Of a DNA stretch of 52,291 bases, positions 9,688 through 19,513 are shown in pieces (position 1 is the stretch's first letter; every line of letters begins with the position of its first letter). Position numbers and translations under genes: made by a program. Source of the DNA: an uncultured virus (IMG/VR IMGVR_UViG_2061766007_002057) (taxonomy: Duplodnaviria; Heunggongvirae; Uroviricota; Caudoviricetes). The stretch is from the IMG/VR virus record IMGVR_UViG_2061766007_002057. The stretch is one strand, 5' to 3'. Under the pieces are notes generated by a model, which saw nothing but the letters and a program-made list of their open reading frames with translations, ran no database searches and was not told the DNA's origin.

Positions 9688-10416
9688 CTATTCCTGCCAG
9701 GTTTGGTTTGGATTCTCGAATTTATAGTCCGTAAACTTTGTAACCTCTGCACGTAATAACTGTATGAGGTTTACTTTTTTTGTAAATACGCTTTGATCAC
9801 AACATACGAGAAATAGCAGTTTTGTATATGGGCAATGACAAATGATACGTATGTCTTCCGAATCCATAATCAAATAGCCTACGATTTTACTGTTACTAAT
9901 CATATATACTTCTTCCGGTTTGAGCGCGTCGGAATCATTACATAAACAATCGAACATGTAAAAACTGCCTACGTGTCTACTAAATAACGCAATCTCCGTG
10001 AACTTTTCACGCTGATCGAAAATGAGCATGCTTCTTATTATAAAAGAAACAACCGGGTCATATCCGTCCAACACACAACCACCAAATGCCCAATTATTCA
10101 TGATAAACTTTAACCTGAAGATAACATCAAATACCGACTTCGAATTAACACTAAACTGCCCAAGTGTGTACTGCTGCTGAGGATACCATGAGTTTGCTAT
10201 ACCGGTATCTACTATATTTTGCTGACCCATCACCTGATTGTTCTGGTCATAAACATCATACGTTCCCCAAACGTTCATTGGTGGAAACGGTGTATACCTG
10301 GCAAAGATCATGCCATCTTTAAGTAAATAACCGCTACTATCACTCCCACAGTCTAACATCTCGGTCTCTATTACAGGTGTAGACATATATTCAAAAAACC
10401 TCTTTGTATAAGACAT
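9688..10416 (-). CDS. hypothetical protein
   Basis: Long ORF; probable start MSYTKRFF directly after the upstream stop. Confidence 0.7.
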   Translation of the reverse strand: MSYTKRFFEYMSTPVIETEMLDCGSDSSGYLLKDGMIFARYTPFPPMNVWGTYDVYDQNNQVMGQQNIVDTGIANSWYPQQQYTLGQFSVNSKSVFDVIFRLKFIMNNWAFGGCVLDGYDPVVSFIIRSMLIFDQREKFTEIALFSRHVGSFYMFDCLCNDSDALKPEEVYMISNSKIVGYLIMDSEDIRIICHCPYTKLLFLVCCDQSVFTKKVNLIQLLRAEVTKFTDYKFENPNQTWQE

Positions 10417-10417
10417 A

Positions 10418-10924
10418 TTACGGTAACATAAACAATTTACTTGGTACGTCGTTGTACATAACATCCACGCTTTGCAACGGCCCACGCTTTATCCAATGCA
10501 CGTACTCCGACTTACCTTCTTTTGCAAAATAGGTTAGCATTACATGACTAGCCAACGAAACTGCCATACTGTATTTATTATTCAAACTATTTATCCCAAA
10601 CTTACCGTTTACATAAAATAATATGTAACAATCCCCTGGGTTTTGAAAGAAATAGCAGGATGAACACCCCGTTAACCAGTCCGTAACAATATAAACCTTT
10701 GCATCTACCGGTAGCTCTCTTAAATCAAGCGGTACCGGGTTATTTTTGACCATCTCAGGTATTTCCGAGCCAGGACAACGAAACACCCCAAATCTACCTG
10801 TATACTGCTGATAAAACGCCGCTGTAGGCGTTTTCTCCAGGTCTTCATACGAATCAAATCGCACTCTTCTCGGATTTATATACTGACCTGACGATATTAT
10901 AGCCTTACAAGCACGAGCACGCAT
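10418..10924 (-). CDS. hypothetical protein
   Basis: 168-aa ORF, tightly packed with neighbours. Confidence 0.65.
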   Translation of the reverse strand: MRARACKAIISSGQYINPRRVRFDSYEDLEKTPTAAFYQQYTGRFGVFRCPGSEIPEMVKNNPVPLDLRELPVDAKVYIVTDWLTGCSSCYFFQNPGDCYILFYVNGKFGINSLNNKYSMAVSLASHVMLTYFAKEGKSEYVHWIKRGPLQSVDVMYNDVPSKLFMLP

Positions 10925-10979
10925 ANNNNNNNNNNNNNNNNNNNNNNNNNNNNNNNNNNNNNNNNNNNNNNNNNNNNNN

Positions 10980-11515
10980 CCGTTGTTTTATTAAGCCACT
11001 GATTAAACGTAATTACCCTATTTGTTAGCCCCTTACTGTAATAATAAAAATACTTACTTTCTATACAGTATCTTGTATTTGCCATATTACCGGTATAAAA
11101 ATACGCTCCGGTTTCAAATATATTTAGGATTACTTCGTTTTTTTCATTATAATTTGCTTTCGCTTCCTTTGCTTCTGAAAAACAAAAACACACAAAGNNN
11201 NNNNNNNNNNNNNTCTGATTTATTCTTGTGTCTAAAAGTACATTTAACCTTTGGAAAACAATATCTGCATTTCTGTGTAATCATATCCACAAAAACAAAA
11301 ACATAATCGGTTTCTAGTGCAAAATTATTAGGTAAAATATCATGCCGGACTAATTCACCAATAAGAGCGCTTAGTAACTCTTTATCATAGCACTTATATA
11401 CTTTACCTCGTTTTCTATACGACTCCTTAATAACCCAATTAGGTATATCGCCAGGATGACTTACAAAATAGTAATCAGTGTCTCCGCCGTTATAATAGGG
11501 TTTTACATCATACAT
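10980..11515 (-). CDS. hypothetical protein(s); boundaries uncertain because of gaps
   Basis: ORF fragments 11147..11515 and 10897..11193 flank an N-gap. Confidence 0.4.
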
Positions 11516-11624
11516 ACTGTCGTTGTAATAATCTATAAAACTATCTAAGAATTCNNNNNNNNNNNNNNNNNNNNNNNNNNNNNNNNNNNNNNNNNNNNNN
11601 NNNNNNNNNNNNNNNNGTTTGTAC

Positions 11625-11666
11625 GGCCAGGACCAGGCCAGGACCAGGCCAGGACCAGGTCAGACC
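11625..11666 (+). repeat. tandem repeat (GGCCAGGACCA)x3 plus a degenerate fourth copy
   Basis: Read directly; sits where gene orientation switches from minus to plus. Confidence 0.9.
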
Positions 11667-11839
11667 TTAAATTCCCCTGGGAATTGGAAAAGTTGGAAAA
11701 ATTGGGGCGTTATTTTTAAGCGATGTGGCGCTAATTCCTGCTAGGGTTTGCGGTCGTTTTTTGCTTTTTATTTAGCAAAATATAGCAGATTTACTATATA
11801 TAGTGTAAGGGGAAAATAAAAAGCCCTTTGCACTATTTA

Positions 11840-11891
11840 ATATAGTATAGTTTATTTTGCTTTTTGCATAGCAAAATAAAAACAATATACT
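11840..11891 (+). promoter_or_regulatory. 50-bp repeated element copy A: palindrome overlapping a probable early promoter
   Basis: TTTATTTTGCT-TTTTGCAT-AGCAAAATAAA palindrome; TTGCAT-16 bp-TATACT; 11840-11889 is identical to 12101-12150. Confidence 0.6.
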
Positions 11892-11938
11892 AATGATAGT
11901 GTAAAAAGACTACACTATATAGTTAAAAGGAGAACACT

Positions 11939-12034
11939 ATGAAAAAATTTATTGAAGCGTATGGTGGAGACATACTCTTCCTAACTATGTGGAGTATCCT
12001 AATTATAGGATACTTCGGCGGATTGATGAAGTAA
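11939..12034 (+). CDS. 31-aa hydrophobic peptide
   Basis: AAGGAG RBS; MKKFIEAYGGDILFLTMWSILIIGYFGGLMK. Confidence 0.6.
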   Translation: MKKFIEAYGGDILFLTMWSILIIGYFGGLMK

Positions 12035-12100
12035 AATTACGGGGTGGGATANNNNNNNNNNGGGAAACCTTACACTATCAGTATATAGGATAATACCTAT

Positions 12101-12150
12101 ATATAGTATAGTTTATTTTGCTTTTTGCATAGCAAAATAAAAACAATATA
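12101..12150 (+). repeat. 50-bp repeated element copy B (runs into an N-gap)
   Basis: Identical to 11840-11889. Confidence 0.8.
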
Positions 12151-12593
12151 NNNNNNNNNNNNNNNNNNNNNNNNNNNNNNNNNNNNNNNNNNNNNNNNNN
12201 NNNNNNNNNNNNNNNNNNNNNNNNNNNNNNNNNNNNNNNNNNNNNNNNNNNNNNNNNNNNNNNNNNNNNNNNNNNNNNNNNNNNNNNNNNNNNNNNNNNN
12301 NNNNNNNNNNNNNNNNNNNNNNNNNNNNNNNNNNNNNNNNNNNNNNNNNNNNNNNNNNNNNNNNNNNNNNNNNNNNNNNNNNNNNNNNNNNNNNNNNNNN
12401 NNNNNNNNNNNNNNNNNNNNNNNNNNNNNNNNNNNNNNNNNNNNNNNNNNNNNNNNNNNNNNNNNNNNNNNNNNNNNNNNNNNNNNNNNNNNNNNNNNNN
12501 NNNNNNNNNNNNNNNNNNNNNNNNNNNNNNNNNNNNNNNNNNNNNNNNNNNNNNNNNNNNNNNNNNNNNNNNNNNNNNNNNNNNNNNNNNNNN

Positions 12594-13032
12594 TTGGCTG
12601 CAATTAAAAATGTTGGAAAGGGGACTTTCCACACCGTAGAATATAGCAGTTCCCCCAAGCAGAAATGCTTGGCGGAGTTTGCTCTCCGCAAGGTGAGCCG
12701 GTTTCAGGTCCAGTTCGCGGACTATGAAAACAAGTCGGCGGTCAAGGAATACCGCGCCGAGACGGGGGTTGCTGCCAACAACCCCGCAGTACAGAACGAA
12801 GTGGAAGTTGCGGGCTNNNNNNNNNNNNNNNNNNNNNNCCCTCAAATTGAGGGTACCGCTGAAAAATTGCGGGTCGCTCAGTGTAAAATATTACACCGGC
12901 GACCGCGAAATCAGCAAAGAGGAGTATGAACAAATTTACTCCTCTCGGTGTAAGTTACCGCAATCCGCCCCGTCCAAGACGGGAGTGGAGTTCAGAAGTG
13001 TTATGCTGGAAAAGATTACGGAGTTCCGCTAG
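12594..13032 (+). CDS. hypothetical protein (start in gap; two fragments joined)
   Basis: 12594..12929 and 12724..13032 frames switch at an N-gap. Confidence 0.65.
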
Positions 13033-13044
13033 TCTTTCATCTTT

Positions 13045-13074
13045 CCCGCCCGCGCTTGGAGGGGCGCGGGCGGG
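13045..13074 (+). other. 11-bp GC hairpin after a stop codon, no U-tract
   Basis: CCCGCCCGCGC/GCGCGGGCGGG. Confidence 0.7.
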
Positions 13075-13126
13075 GTACGCTTCAAGCCCTTTGCAAAGAG
13101 GGCTTAAAGGGTACTAGGAGGTACTT

Positions 13127-13291
13127 ATGATAAAAATCATTTTAGAAAGAATTTTCATTGGCTCAGTAATTTTACTGGGCTTGCTTATGTGGGCCATCTG
13201 GGTCCACCAAAACGACTTAATGGTCCAACATTGTATGGACCATATTACTGAGTGCGAAGCTCAGTATTACTCCAACCACCAAAGGGGGTGA
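13127..13291 (+). CDS. 54-aa membrane peptide
   Basis: AGGAGG RBS; MIKIILERIFIGSVILLGLLMWAIWVHQ... Confidence 0.7.
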   Translation: MIKIILERIFIGSVILLGLLMWAIWVHQNDLMVQHCMDHITECEAQYYSNHQRG

Positions 13292-13295
13292 TTGT

Positions 13296-13559
13296 ATGGC
13301 AAAAGAAATATCTTTTTCACCTACCGGCAAACGCCACGACGTAGGTATGAATTGGCAGGATTTCAATATCCTGCTTGATGGGAAAAAGAAAAGTTGTTAT
13401 GACTTCTCACTCATCAATGTTGGTGGTATCTATATCAAAGTTGATATGGATATCACTGGCCGGGTGCGCTTACGCGTACCCGACGGGTTTGCTATTGAAG
13501 CGAGCCCAATTGATACAGGCAACCCAAACCCTACTGTGTTCAGGGTTGTTCGTAAGTAG
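13296..13559 (+). CDS. hypothetical protein
   Basis: GGGGTG RBS; packed ORF. Confidence 0.7.
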   Translation: MAKEISFSPTGKRHDVGMNWQDFNILLDGKKKSCYDFSLINVGGIYIKVDMDITGRVRLRVPDGFAIEASPIDTGNPNPTVFRVVRK

Positions 13560-13658
13560 TTTTACCTCGGCGTGCACAGGTCTTTCTCCCACCTGTGCAC
13601 GCTTTCCCTAAAATTTAGAGGTGCTTCTGAGCACCTATCTTATCTTGGAGGTATGAGT

Positions 13659-14105
13659 ATGAAAAAGGTATGGGTAGTTGGAAGTACTATACTTAACGAA
13701 CTGGAGGTAATGAATATGAAAATTGAGCCGTTTATTGGAAGTGCGCTACGCAAAAAGGCGTTTGAATACACGGAACAATTTTCTGACGAAAGCGTTATTG
13801 CTTTCAAGGAGTTGTTTATGCAAAAAATGGAATGCCTGCTGGCAGACCATCAGGTCTACCCGCAGCTTCGTGCGGAACTGGCAACAATGAAAGACGACTT
13901 CTTCAATGCTGTAACTCTTACCGCCAAGAAAGGGAACGATACAATTAAGGTGTCTTTTCCAAATAAGAAGTACGCCGAGTATATGCTTGGCGTCGGCGTT
14001 CTTAACAGACGCGGTGCCTACAATGTGGCAGAGGCGCGGGACTTTCTTAATATTATCCACCCGCGTCACGAAATTGACGCGCTGATGTACTTAAATTGTA
14101 AATAG
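13659..14105 (+). CDS. hypothetical protein (alternative start at 13716)
   Basis: Two in-frame GGAGG-ATG sites. Confidence 0.65.
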   Translation: MKKVWVVGSTILNELEVMNMKIEPFIGSALRKKAFEYTEQFSDESVIAFKELFMQKMECLLADHQVYPQLRAELATMKDDFFNAVTLTAKKGNDTIKVSFPNKKYAEYMLGVGVLNRRGAYNVAEARDFLNIIHPRHEIDALMYLNCK

Positions 14106-14264
14106 TTTTGGTAGCCCCGCCGNNNNNNNNNNNNNNNNNNNNNNNNNNNNNNNNNNNNNNNGTTTCTTTTATGGACAACGAAGGTCTTGATGAGTTGAGA
14201 CGCAAGCCTGTCCAGCCGGATATGTTCCTGCTTGGTAACATTATTAAGTTTGAGGAGGAAGACA

Positions 14265-14885
14265 ATGGAGTGGGAAGACGCAATAAACGCCCTGCAAAAG
14301 TGCAGAAAATGCGGGTCAGATAATGTGTGCTATGACGAAAAATTATTCTTAGCACCTGAAAGATTTAATGGGGTGGTGCTAAAATATAAGGCGGTGTGTT
14401 TAGATTGTAATAACCACACCAAGTGGTATGAAAAAGAATCCCAAGCAACTAAGGCTTGGAACAAGGAGGCTCGTTCTATGAGTAAAGCAAAATCGTTTGA
14501 TGAATTAACTAGTCGTAACTGGTGCACCGGTCAGTACTACAAAGTCCTGCCTGGCTGCTTCTGCACCGATGGAGTCAAGGACTTCATTGAGTCCTTTGAC
14601 GCTGGCTGGGCAGTGACCGAGATGTTAATCTCACCCACACTGCTTATGTGTAAGTACGGACATTTCCCGTACATCAAGGTTGCCGACAATGATAAAGGGC
14701 AACGGATGGTTGAGTTCTACTATGGCAAAGTAGACGATATGGGTGAGGACGACAAGAACGAAAAAGCATTTAAGTCTGTTGAGGACTTATGTAAATGCTT
14801 ACCTGTTGGAACGCTTCGCTTTGAAGTTGGCTTCGGTGACCCCGAAGGCAAGACTCACATACTTGCTCTTATGAGCGAACATTAA
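14265..14885 (+). CDS. Lar (restriction-alleviation)-like zinc finger in frame with a DUF6876-like domain
   Basis: CRKCGS...VCLDC...ATKAWN, then YYK...CTDGVKDF...AGW; internal AAGGAGG-ATG at 14478. Confidence 0.55.
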   Translation: MEWEDAINALQKCRKCGSDNVCYDEKLFLAPERFNGVVLKYKAVCLDCNNHTKWYEKESQATKAWNKEARSMSKAKSFDELTSRNWCTGQYYKVLPGCFCTDGVKDFIESFDAGWAVTEMLISPTLLMCKYGHFPYIKVADNDKGQRMVEFYYGKVDDMGEDDKNEKAFKSVEDLCKCLPVGTLRFEVGFGDPEGKTHILALMSEH

Positions 14886-14904
14886 GGAGTTTAAGGAGGA
14901 AGTT

Positions 14905-15114
14905 ATGGGATACAATCCGTTATTAAACAAATGCAAATGTGGACATGACGCTATGTCTAATACCTACGGAATTCCAGGACAATTTGGAGCCGTTTATATA
15001 CGCTGCAGTAATCCAGACTGCATGCGAACTACCGCATTATATGATGCTTTGGCACCCGCAATAAATGCGTGGAATAGCGGGGCTGTTGTCGAATATCATG
15101 TAAAAGAAAAATAA
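14905..15114 (+). CDS. Lar-family zinc finger protein
   Basis: CKCG...YIRCSNPDC...AINAWN. Confidence 0.6.
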   Translation: MGYNPLLNKCKCGHDAMSNTYGIPGQFGAVYIRCSNPDCMRTTALYDALAPAINAWNSGAVVEYHVKEK

Positions 15115-15130
15115 TATAAAGGAGGTTTGT

Positions 15131-15394
15131 ATGGCACAATTAAACAAAGAACTCTATAAGGAGTTCATTATTTGTTACTTGGAGAATGTTATAAAACTTC
15201 TCAAAACAAAAAAGGACGCAGCGGAAAAGGAGTTTGCTACGTTCTCCCAAAAGGGTACCTTTAATTATGACAAGGCAACTAAAGCGCAGTTGCAAGCGTT
15301 CGGTTGTAGTGAGCGGATTGAAGAGTTAAAAATCATGCTCCAAAGTCTAAACGAAGATGTAATAGAAAAATTCTATAGTCGTATGGGTAATTAG
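15131..15394 (+). CDS. hypothetical protein
   Basis: AAGGAGG RBS. Confidence 0.75.
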   Translation: MAQLNKELYKEFIICYLENVIKLLKTKKDAAEKEFATFSQKGTFNYDKATKAQLQAFGCSERIEELKIMLQSLNEDVIEKFYSRMGN

Positions 15395-15402
15395 GAGGTG
15401 CT

Positions 15403-15909
15403 ATGCATAATGTGCATTTAGTTGTGTGCAATGCTGGCAGCGTTAACGAAGGTGTCAGCATTGTAACGGACGCCCTCAATGAGGGTATGATGTCCAACTC
15501 CGGCTCCGACTGGTACGGAGTTATCGGTGCTGTTAATCTCGATACCTTTGAGTTCGAGATGATGGGCAACGACCGATATAGTAGTATTAAACTGACGCGG
15601 TCTGGCGTAGTTGAGTTGCTAGACGCGTTGTTTAATGTAAAGTCAAATCAAAAGGCTCTTGATGAGTTGGTGGATAACTTACAAGAGTACTTGGATAATA
15701 AAGAGTTCGGACGTCTTCAGTACCACGCTGAAAGGGCTGACAGGTTGGCGCAAGCAATTGATGTTGCTACGCGCAACGAGATAACCCCAGAGGCCTTGAT
15801 AACCAACAAAAACATTGAGGTTGGCTGGGGTAACATAACCAACTTTGGTCTGACCAGACTGACCACTGACAGATGTAATATCTTGGTGGTGTTAGATGTT
15901 CATAGTTAG
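15403..15909 (+). CDS. hypothetical protein (probable paralog of 15913..16461)
   Basis: RBS; shares VNLDTFEF/INVKTGEF and VVLDVHS/LVVDVQD. Confidence 0.75.
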   Translation: MHNVHLVVCNAGSVNEGVSIVTDALNEGMMSNSGSDWYGVIGAVNLDTFEFEMMGNDRYSSIKLTRSGVVELLDALFNVKSNQKALDELVDNLQEYLDNKEFGRLQYHAERADRLAQAIDVATRNEITPEALITNKNIEVGWGNITNFGLTRLTTDRCNILVVLDVHS

Positions 15910-15912
15910 GAG

Positions 15913-16461
15913 GTGACTATGGGTGGATATATGGTGTTGAAAGGCTGGTTCAAAAATCCTTCCGAGGCTGTTGACTGCTTGTTCAATTGGTCGGAACGGA
16001 TTAAAACGGACTATATGGCTGAGTATTGCTATATTCGTCCGCTTGTTTATATCAATGTTAAGACAGGTGAGTTTGAGAAGTACAGCCAAAAAGGTGAGTC
16101 TGACTTATCTCACTTCTGCACCGTCGATGGTATAAACAAGTACTTCAATGAGCGGTACGGAACGAACGCTATTCGTGCTGCGTTCAAACGGATGCGTGAG
16201 CTGATGGCAAAAGGTCAGTACGACTTCGCCGATACGAGAGAAATAAAAGCCCTTGGTGAGTTAATTGGCAAGGGCGGAAACTTCCTCGCACAAGACATAG
16301 ATGTTCGTGAGCACGAGTACAACGAGTGGTGTCTCGATGGTACTTGGCATGATATCCGAGACAGCATTGTTAACATCAGTGAGGCTTTTGCTGACGAGAT
16401 TGACGGCAGTTATGCCGACAACGACCACCTGCACTTACTTGTAGTTGATGTACAAGATTAA
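15913..16461 (+). CDS. hypothetical protein
   Basis: AGGAGG RBS. Confidence 0.75.
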   Translation: MTMGGYMVLKGWFKNPSEAVDCLFNWSERIKTDYMAEYCYIRPLVYINVKTGEFEKYSQKGESDLSHFCTVDGINKYFNERYGTNAIRAAFKRMRELMAKGQYDFADTREIKALGELIGKGGNFLAQDIDVREHEYNEWCLDGTWHDIRDSIVNISEAFADEIDGSYADNDHLHLLVVDVQD

Positions 16462-16478
16462 GTATAATAGGAGGTGCT

Positions 16479-16895
16479 ATGACAGACAAAGAACAACAAG
16501 AAGTACTTAAAGAAGTGCTTCGCAGTGTAGGCAGAACGGACCTAATTAAACAAGTAGGTCGTGTTCCTGACTACGAAATCATAGACGAGATAAAAGATTT
16601 ACTTCCGCCGGAGCAACGGAAGCACGCCTATGAATATGTTGAAGCAGCGAAGGGTCGTAATAAGACGCGTGACCTTATAAAATATGTAAAGAGTTGTACC
16701 AAACCATCTATGCCTGACCAGTCCTTAATGATGGCTATGATGAAAGGGATACACCCTGCTACATATGCACATAACAAAACGCTTACTTTGACCGATAAAC
16801 TTAAGCTGCCTGTATGGGAATGCATCTATGCCCTTAACATAAAGGAGGATAAAAATGATAATAAAACCCGTAGACGTTCTCACAAAACAGATTGA
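16479..16895 (+). CDS. hypothetical protein
   Basis: AGGAGG RBS. Confidence 0.7.
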   Translation: MTDKEQQEVLKEVLRSVGRTDLIKQVGRVPDYEIIDEIKDLLPPEQRKHAYEYVEAAKGRNKTRDLIKYVKSCTKPSMPDQSLMMAMMKGIHPATYAHNKTLTLTDKLKLPVWECIYALNIKEDKNDNKTRRRSHKTD

Positions 16896-17259
16896 GAATT
16901 TTGGAAAGAAGTCCCCGAGATTGATTGATACTCTCGGGTTTATTAGTGAAAATGGGAGCCATCTGAATTTACAGATGGCTCACGTTCTTACTACGCTTAA
17001 CTACATACAGAAATGTAAAGCGACTAGTAAGGACAAAGTACGGGCGTATGAGTCAATACTGCAAGAGTTGGTTAATGTCTGTACTGACCTGTCCACTCTC
17101 GGAATGTTTTCGTCGAGCATGTTGATGTCTACCGTCACACACTTGGACGAAGCCTTAGAGATGTACAAGAGAAGTGACGCAGAGTCGTTCCAACACTTTG
17201 TGTGTGAACGCAGAGCCCGCTACCAACGTGGAGGTAAAAATAATGAAAACAATGACTAA
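16855..17259 (+). CDS. hypothetical protein
   Basis: AAGGAGG RBS. Confidence 0.7.
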   Translation: MIIKPVDVLTKQIENFGKKSPRLIDTLGFISENGSHLNLQMAHVLTTLNYIQKCKATSKDKVRAYESILQELVNVCTDLSTLGMFSSSMLMSTVTHLDEALEMYKRSDAESFQHFVCERRARYQRGGKNNENND

Positions 17260-17719
17260 CAAACAAAAGAAGTATGTGACGAAGGGAGCTGGGAAAGTAA
17301 TTTCTTTCTCGGCTAAAAGTAAAAATGAAGTTGACATGCTCGCATTCAAGAAGTTCCTTGAAGGTGCGCACAACATTATCAACAAGGAAATTGTTCATGT
17401 CGGCAATGAGTTACTGTTCTCCGGTGAGCCTGAGAAATACTACAAACTGAAGGTGTGCAAACGCATCCATACCAACGCGAAAAAGAATAATATTCGTGTT
17501 CCGGCTTGGGTTGCTAAGTATGCAGCACAAGGCCCATACAACGCAGTACGCAACCCGCTCAGACGCAGAGAGCAGAACGCAAGATATGCCGCCAAAAAGA
17601 AAGCAGCAATGCTTGCGACGACTACGAAGGTTGAAACGGTCAAGACAAAGAAGGTATCCTTCTTTACTCGTCTTGGCTTGGCAATGAAAGTCTTGTTTGG
17701 AGGTGATGCTAATGCTTAA
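17243..17719 (+). CDS. basic hypothetical protein
   Basis: GGAGG RBS before ATG 17243. Confidence 0.7.
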   Translation: MKTMTNKQKKYVTKGAGKVISFSAKSKNEVDMLAFKKFLEGAHNIINKEIVHVGNELLFSGEPEKYYKLKVCKRIHTNAKKNNIRVPAWVAKYAAQGPYNAVRNPLRRREQNARYAAKKKAAMLATTTKVETVKTKKVSFFTRLGLAMKVLFGGDANA

Positions 17720-18098
17720 TCTGTTCAAAGACAAAAATGAAGTTATCCGCCGTGCAATGGAGTTAACCAAGCAACGCGCCAGAATTGAGAAAGAGTTGAA
17801 AGTACTCAATTCCCAAGTGCTTACTTCTATGCGCGACCAGAAGCAAACCCGTGTTACGATTGATGGTCTTGGTTCGGTATCAATTCGTACCACCACAAAG
17901 AAAGTACTCAATAGCGACAAGCTGAGTGATATGCTTTCAAAGGACCCCGTGTTCTTTAAGGAGTATGTATCCTCTCTTTCCTCGCCCAAACAGAGTGCAC
18001 TTGAGAAGTACATCGGTACACCTCAGTACACCAAGTTGGTACAGAGTACAGAGAAGTCTGAATCCGTCGTGTTCAATCTGGACAAAGACGCAGAGTAG
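17712..18098 (+). CDS. hypothetical coiled-coil protein
   Basis: GGAGG RBS. Confidence 0.7.
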   Translation: MLNLFKDKNEVIRRAMELTKQRARIEKELKVLNSQVLTSMRDQKQTRVTIDGLGSVSIRTTTKKVLNSDKLSDMLSKDPVFFKEYVSSLSSPKQSALEKYIGTPQYTKLVQSTEKSESVVFNLDKDAE

Positions 18099-18112
18099 TT
18101 TAGTTGACCAAC

Positions 18113-18136
18113 GCCCCCAGACGAAAGTCTGGGGGC
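18113..18136 (+). other. perfect 10-bp hairpin with GAAA tetraloop
   Basis: GCCCCCAGAC-GAAA-GTCTGGGGGC. Confidence 0.75.
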
Positions 18137-18166
18137 AACAAATAAAAAATAAAGGAGAAAATAACT

Positions 18167-19456
18167 ATGGCTAAAAGCAATGCAGCTCAATTCAAAATCG
18201 ACAACGCAGTATTAAATCAGAACGAAGTTAGTTTGTTCCTGGACTCGGTAATCCGTCAAGATGGACACCCGATGCCCGTATGCTTATGCGGTAACCCTGG
18301 TATTGGTAAATCGCAAATCATTCAAGGCATCTGTGCCAAGTACGGTATTTCCTATGAAGCTGGTACATACCACGAAGTTCGTGCTTCCTTACTCGTTGAC
18401 TCGTCTGATGTGACTGGCTTGCCTGTGGTACAAAAGTTGGTGGGTCATAAGAAAGATGGTGAGTTAACAGAGTATGGGCATGTGACTAAGTACTCTATCC
18501 CTGATATGCTTCCTCTTGTAAAGTATGACGCAGACGGAAACGAAATCGTGGATACTCGTAAGCATGTTCTGTTCTTTGATGAAATTAACAGAAGTGCTGA
18601 CCCGTCAATTATGAATGCAATTTTCCAATTGACGACAGAGTTTCGTATCGGCGTACACAAGTTAGTACCCAATTGTATAATTCTCTTGGCTATCAACCCA
18701 GAGAATACGGGCTACGCAGTTAATGAAATGTGTCCGGCGCTGGTTAACAGAATCAACTTCCAGTACATGACTGCAGAAGTTCAGCCGTGGCTTGAGTATG
18801 CTCGTAGCAAGGGAGTTAATAAGACGATTATTGACTTCATTGATGCTAACCCAGATGAGCTTGCTCATGACGGTATCGTAACCTTGGAAGGTCAGGACAA
18901 ACGGTTCCCTACACCTCGTGCTTGGTTCAATGTGGACCGCTTGTTAAAGTCCTTGCACCTGTCGTATAACACTACCAGCAAGGCAGCGTTAAGTATCAAG
19001 TTAATTGCTGGTATCGTAGGTTGGGGAGCAGCTACGAAGTTTGTAGCGTTTGCTCGTACCGCAGTAGATGACAGACCGTTAACCGGCAAGGAAGTCTTGA
19101 AGTCCTACGCACTAGCCAAGGACATGCAAGACAAAGTAACCGCACTCAATGATATGGGTATGCGGTTGTACGATACCACCAAGACTACAACGACACTTAA
19201 CTCCTTGAAAGATGAGTTCAAGGCGCGTGGTACGAAAATCAAACCGGCAGAGTTAAAGAACATGCTCGCCTTCTTGAAAGACATTGCACCAGAGAATGCT
19301 CTGTCCTTCCAAGACTACCTGTTGAAAGAGGTAGACAAAGAGTTTAGTTCTTGGTTCTTTAACCAAGTGTTCGGTGACCCCGAATTACAGAAATGCTGGG
19401 AGTCGTTACAGAATGGTGTGAGCGATGCTGGTGTAGGTACTAATGACTTGCTGTAA
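18167..19456 (+). CDS. MoxR-like AAA+ ATPase
   Basis: Walker A GNPGIGKS, Walker B LFFDEINR, AINP, ALVNR, FPTPRAW. Confidence 0.9.
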   Translation: MAKSNAAQFKIDNAVLNQNEVSLFLDSVIRQDGHPMPVCLCGNPGIGKSQIIQGICAKYGISYEAGTYHEVRASLLVDSSDVTGLPVVQKLVGHKKDGELTEYGHVTKYSIPDMLPLVKYDADGNEIVDTRKHVLFFDEINRSADPSIMNAIFQLTTEFRIGVHKLVPNCIILLAINPENTGYAVNEMCPALVNRINFQYMTAEVQPWLEYARSKGVNKTIIDFIDANPDELAHDGIVTLEGQDKRFPTPRAWFNVDRLLKSLHLSYNTTSKAALSIKLIAGIVGWGAATKFVAFARTAVDDRPLTGKEVLKSYALAKDMQDKVTALNDMGMRLYDTTKTTTTLNSLKDEFKARGTKIKPAELKNMLAFLKDIAPENALSFQDYLLKEVDKEFSSWFFNQVFGDPELQKCWESLQNGVSDAGVGTNDLL

Positions 19457-19513
19457 GTTCTGACGGGCGTGGTGATGAGCCACGCCCATACTTTATATAC
19501 CTAAGGAGGTAAT

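Noticed and set aside
12078..12845. ORF-track entries made mostly of X (also 32142-32417, 34272-35367, 47083-47640)
   Set aside because: They stay open only because N-runs contain no stop codons.
17411..18013. Long antisense ORFs (also 38809..39504, 20798..21241, 45377..45799)
   Set aside because: Shadows of well-supported genes on the other strand; no RBS or recognisable motifs.
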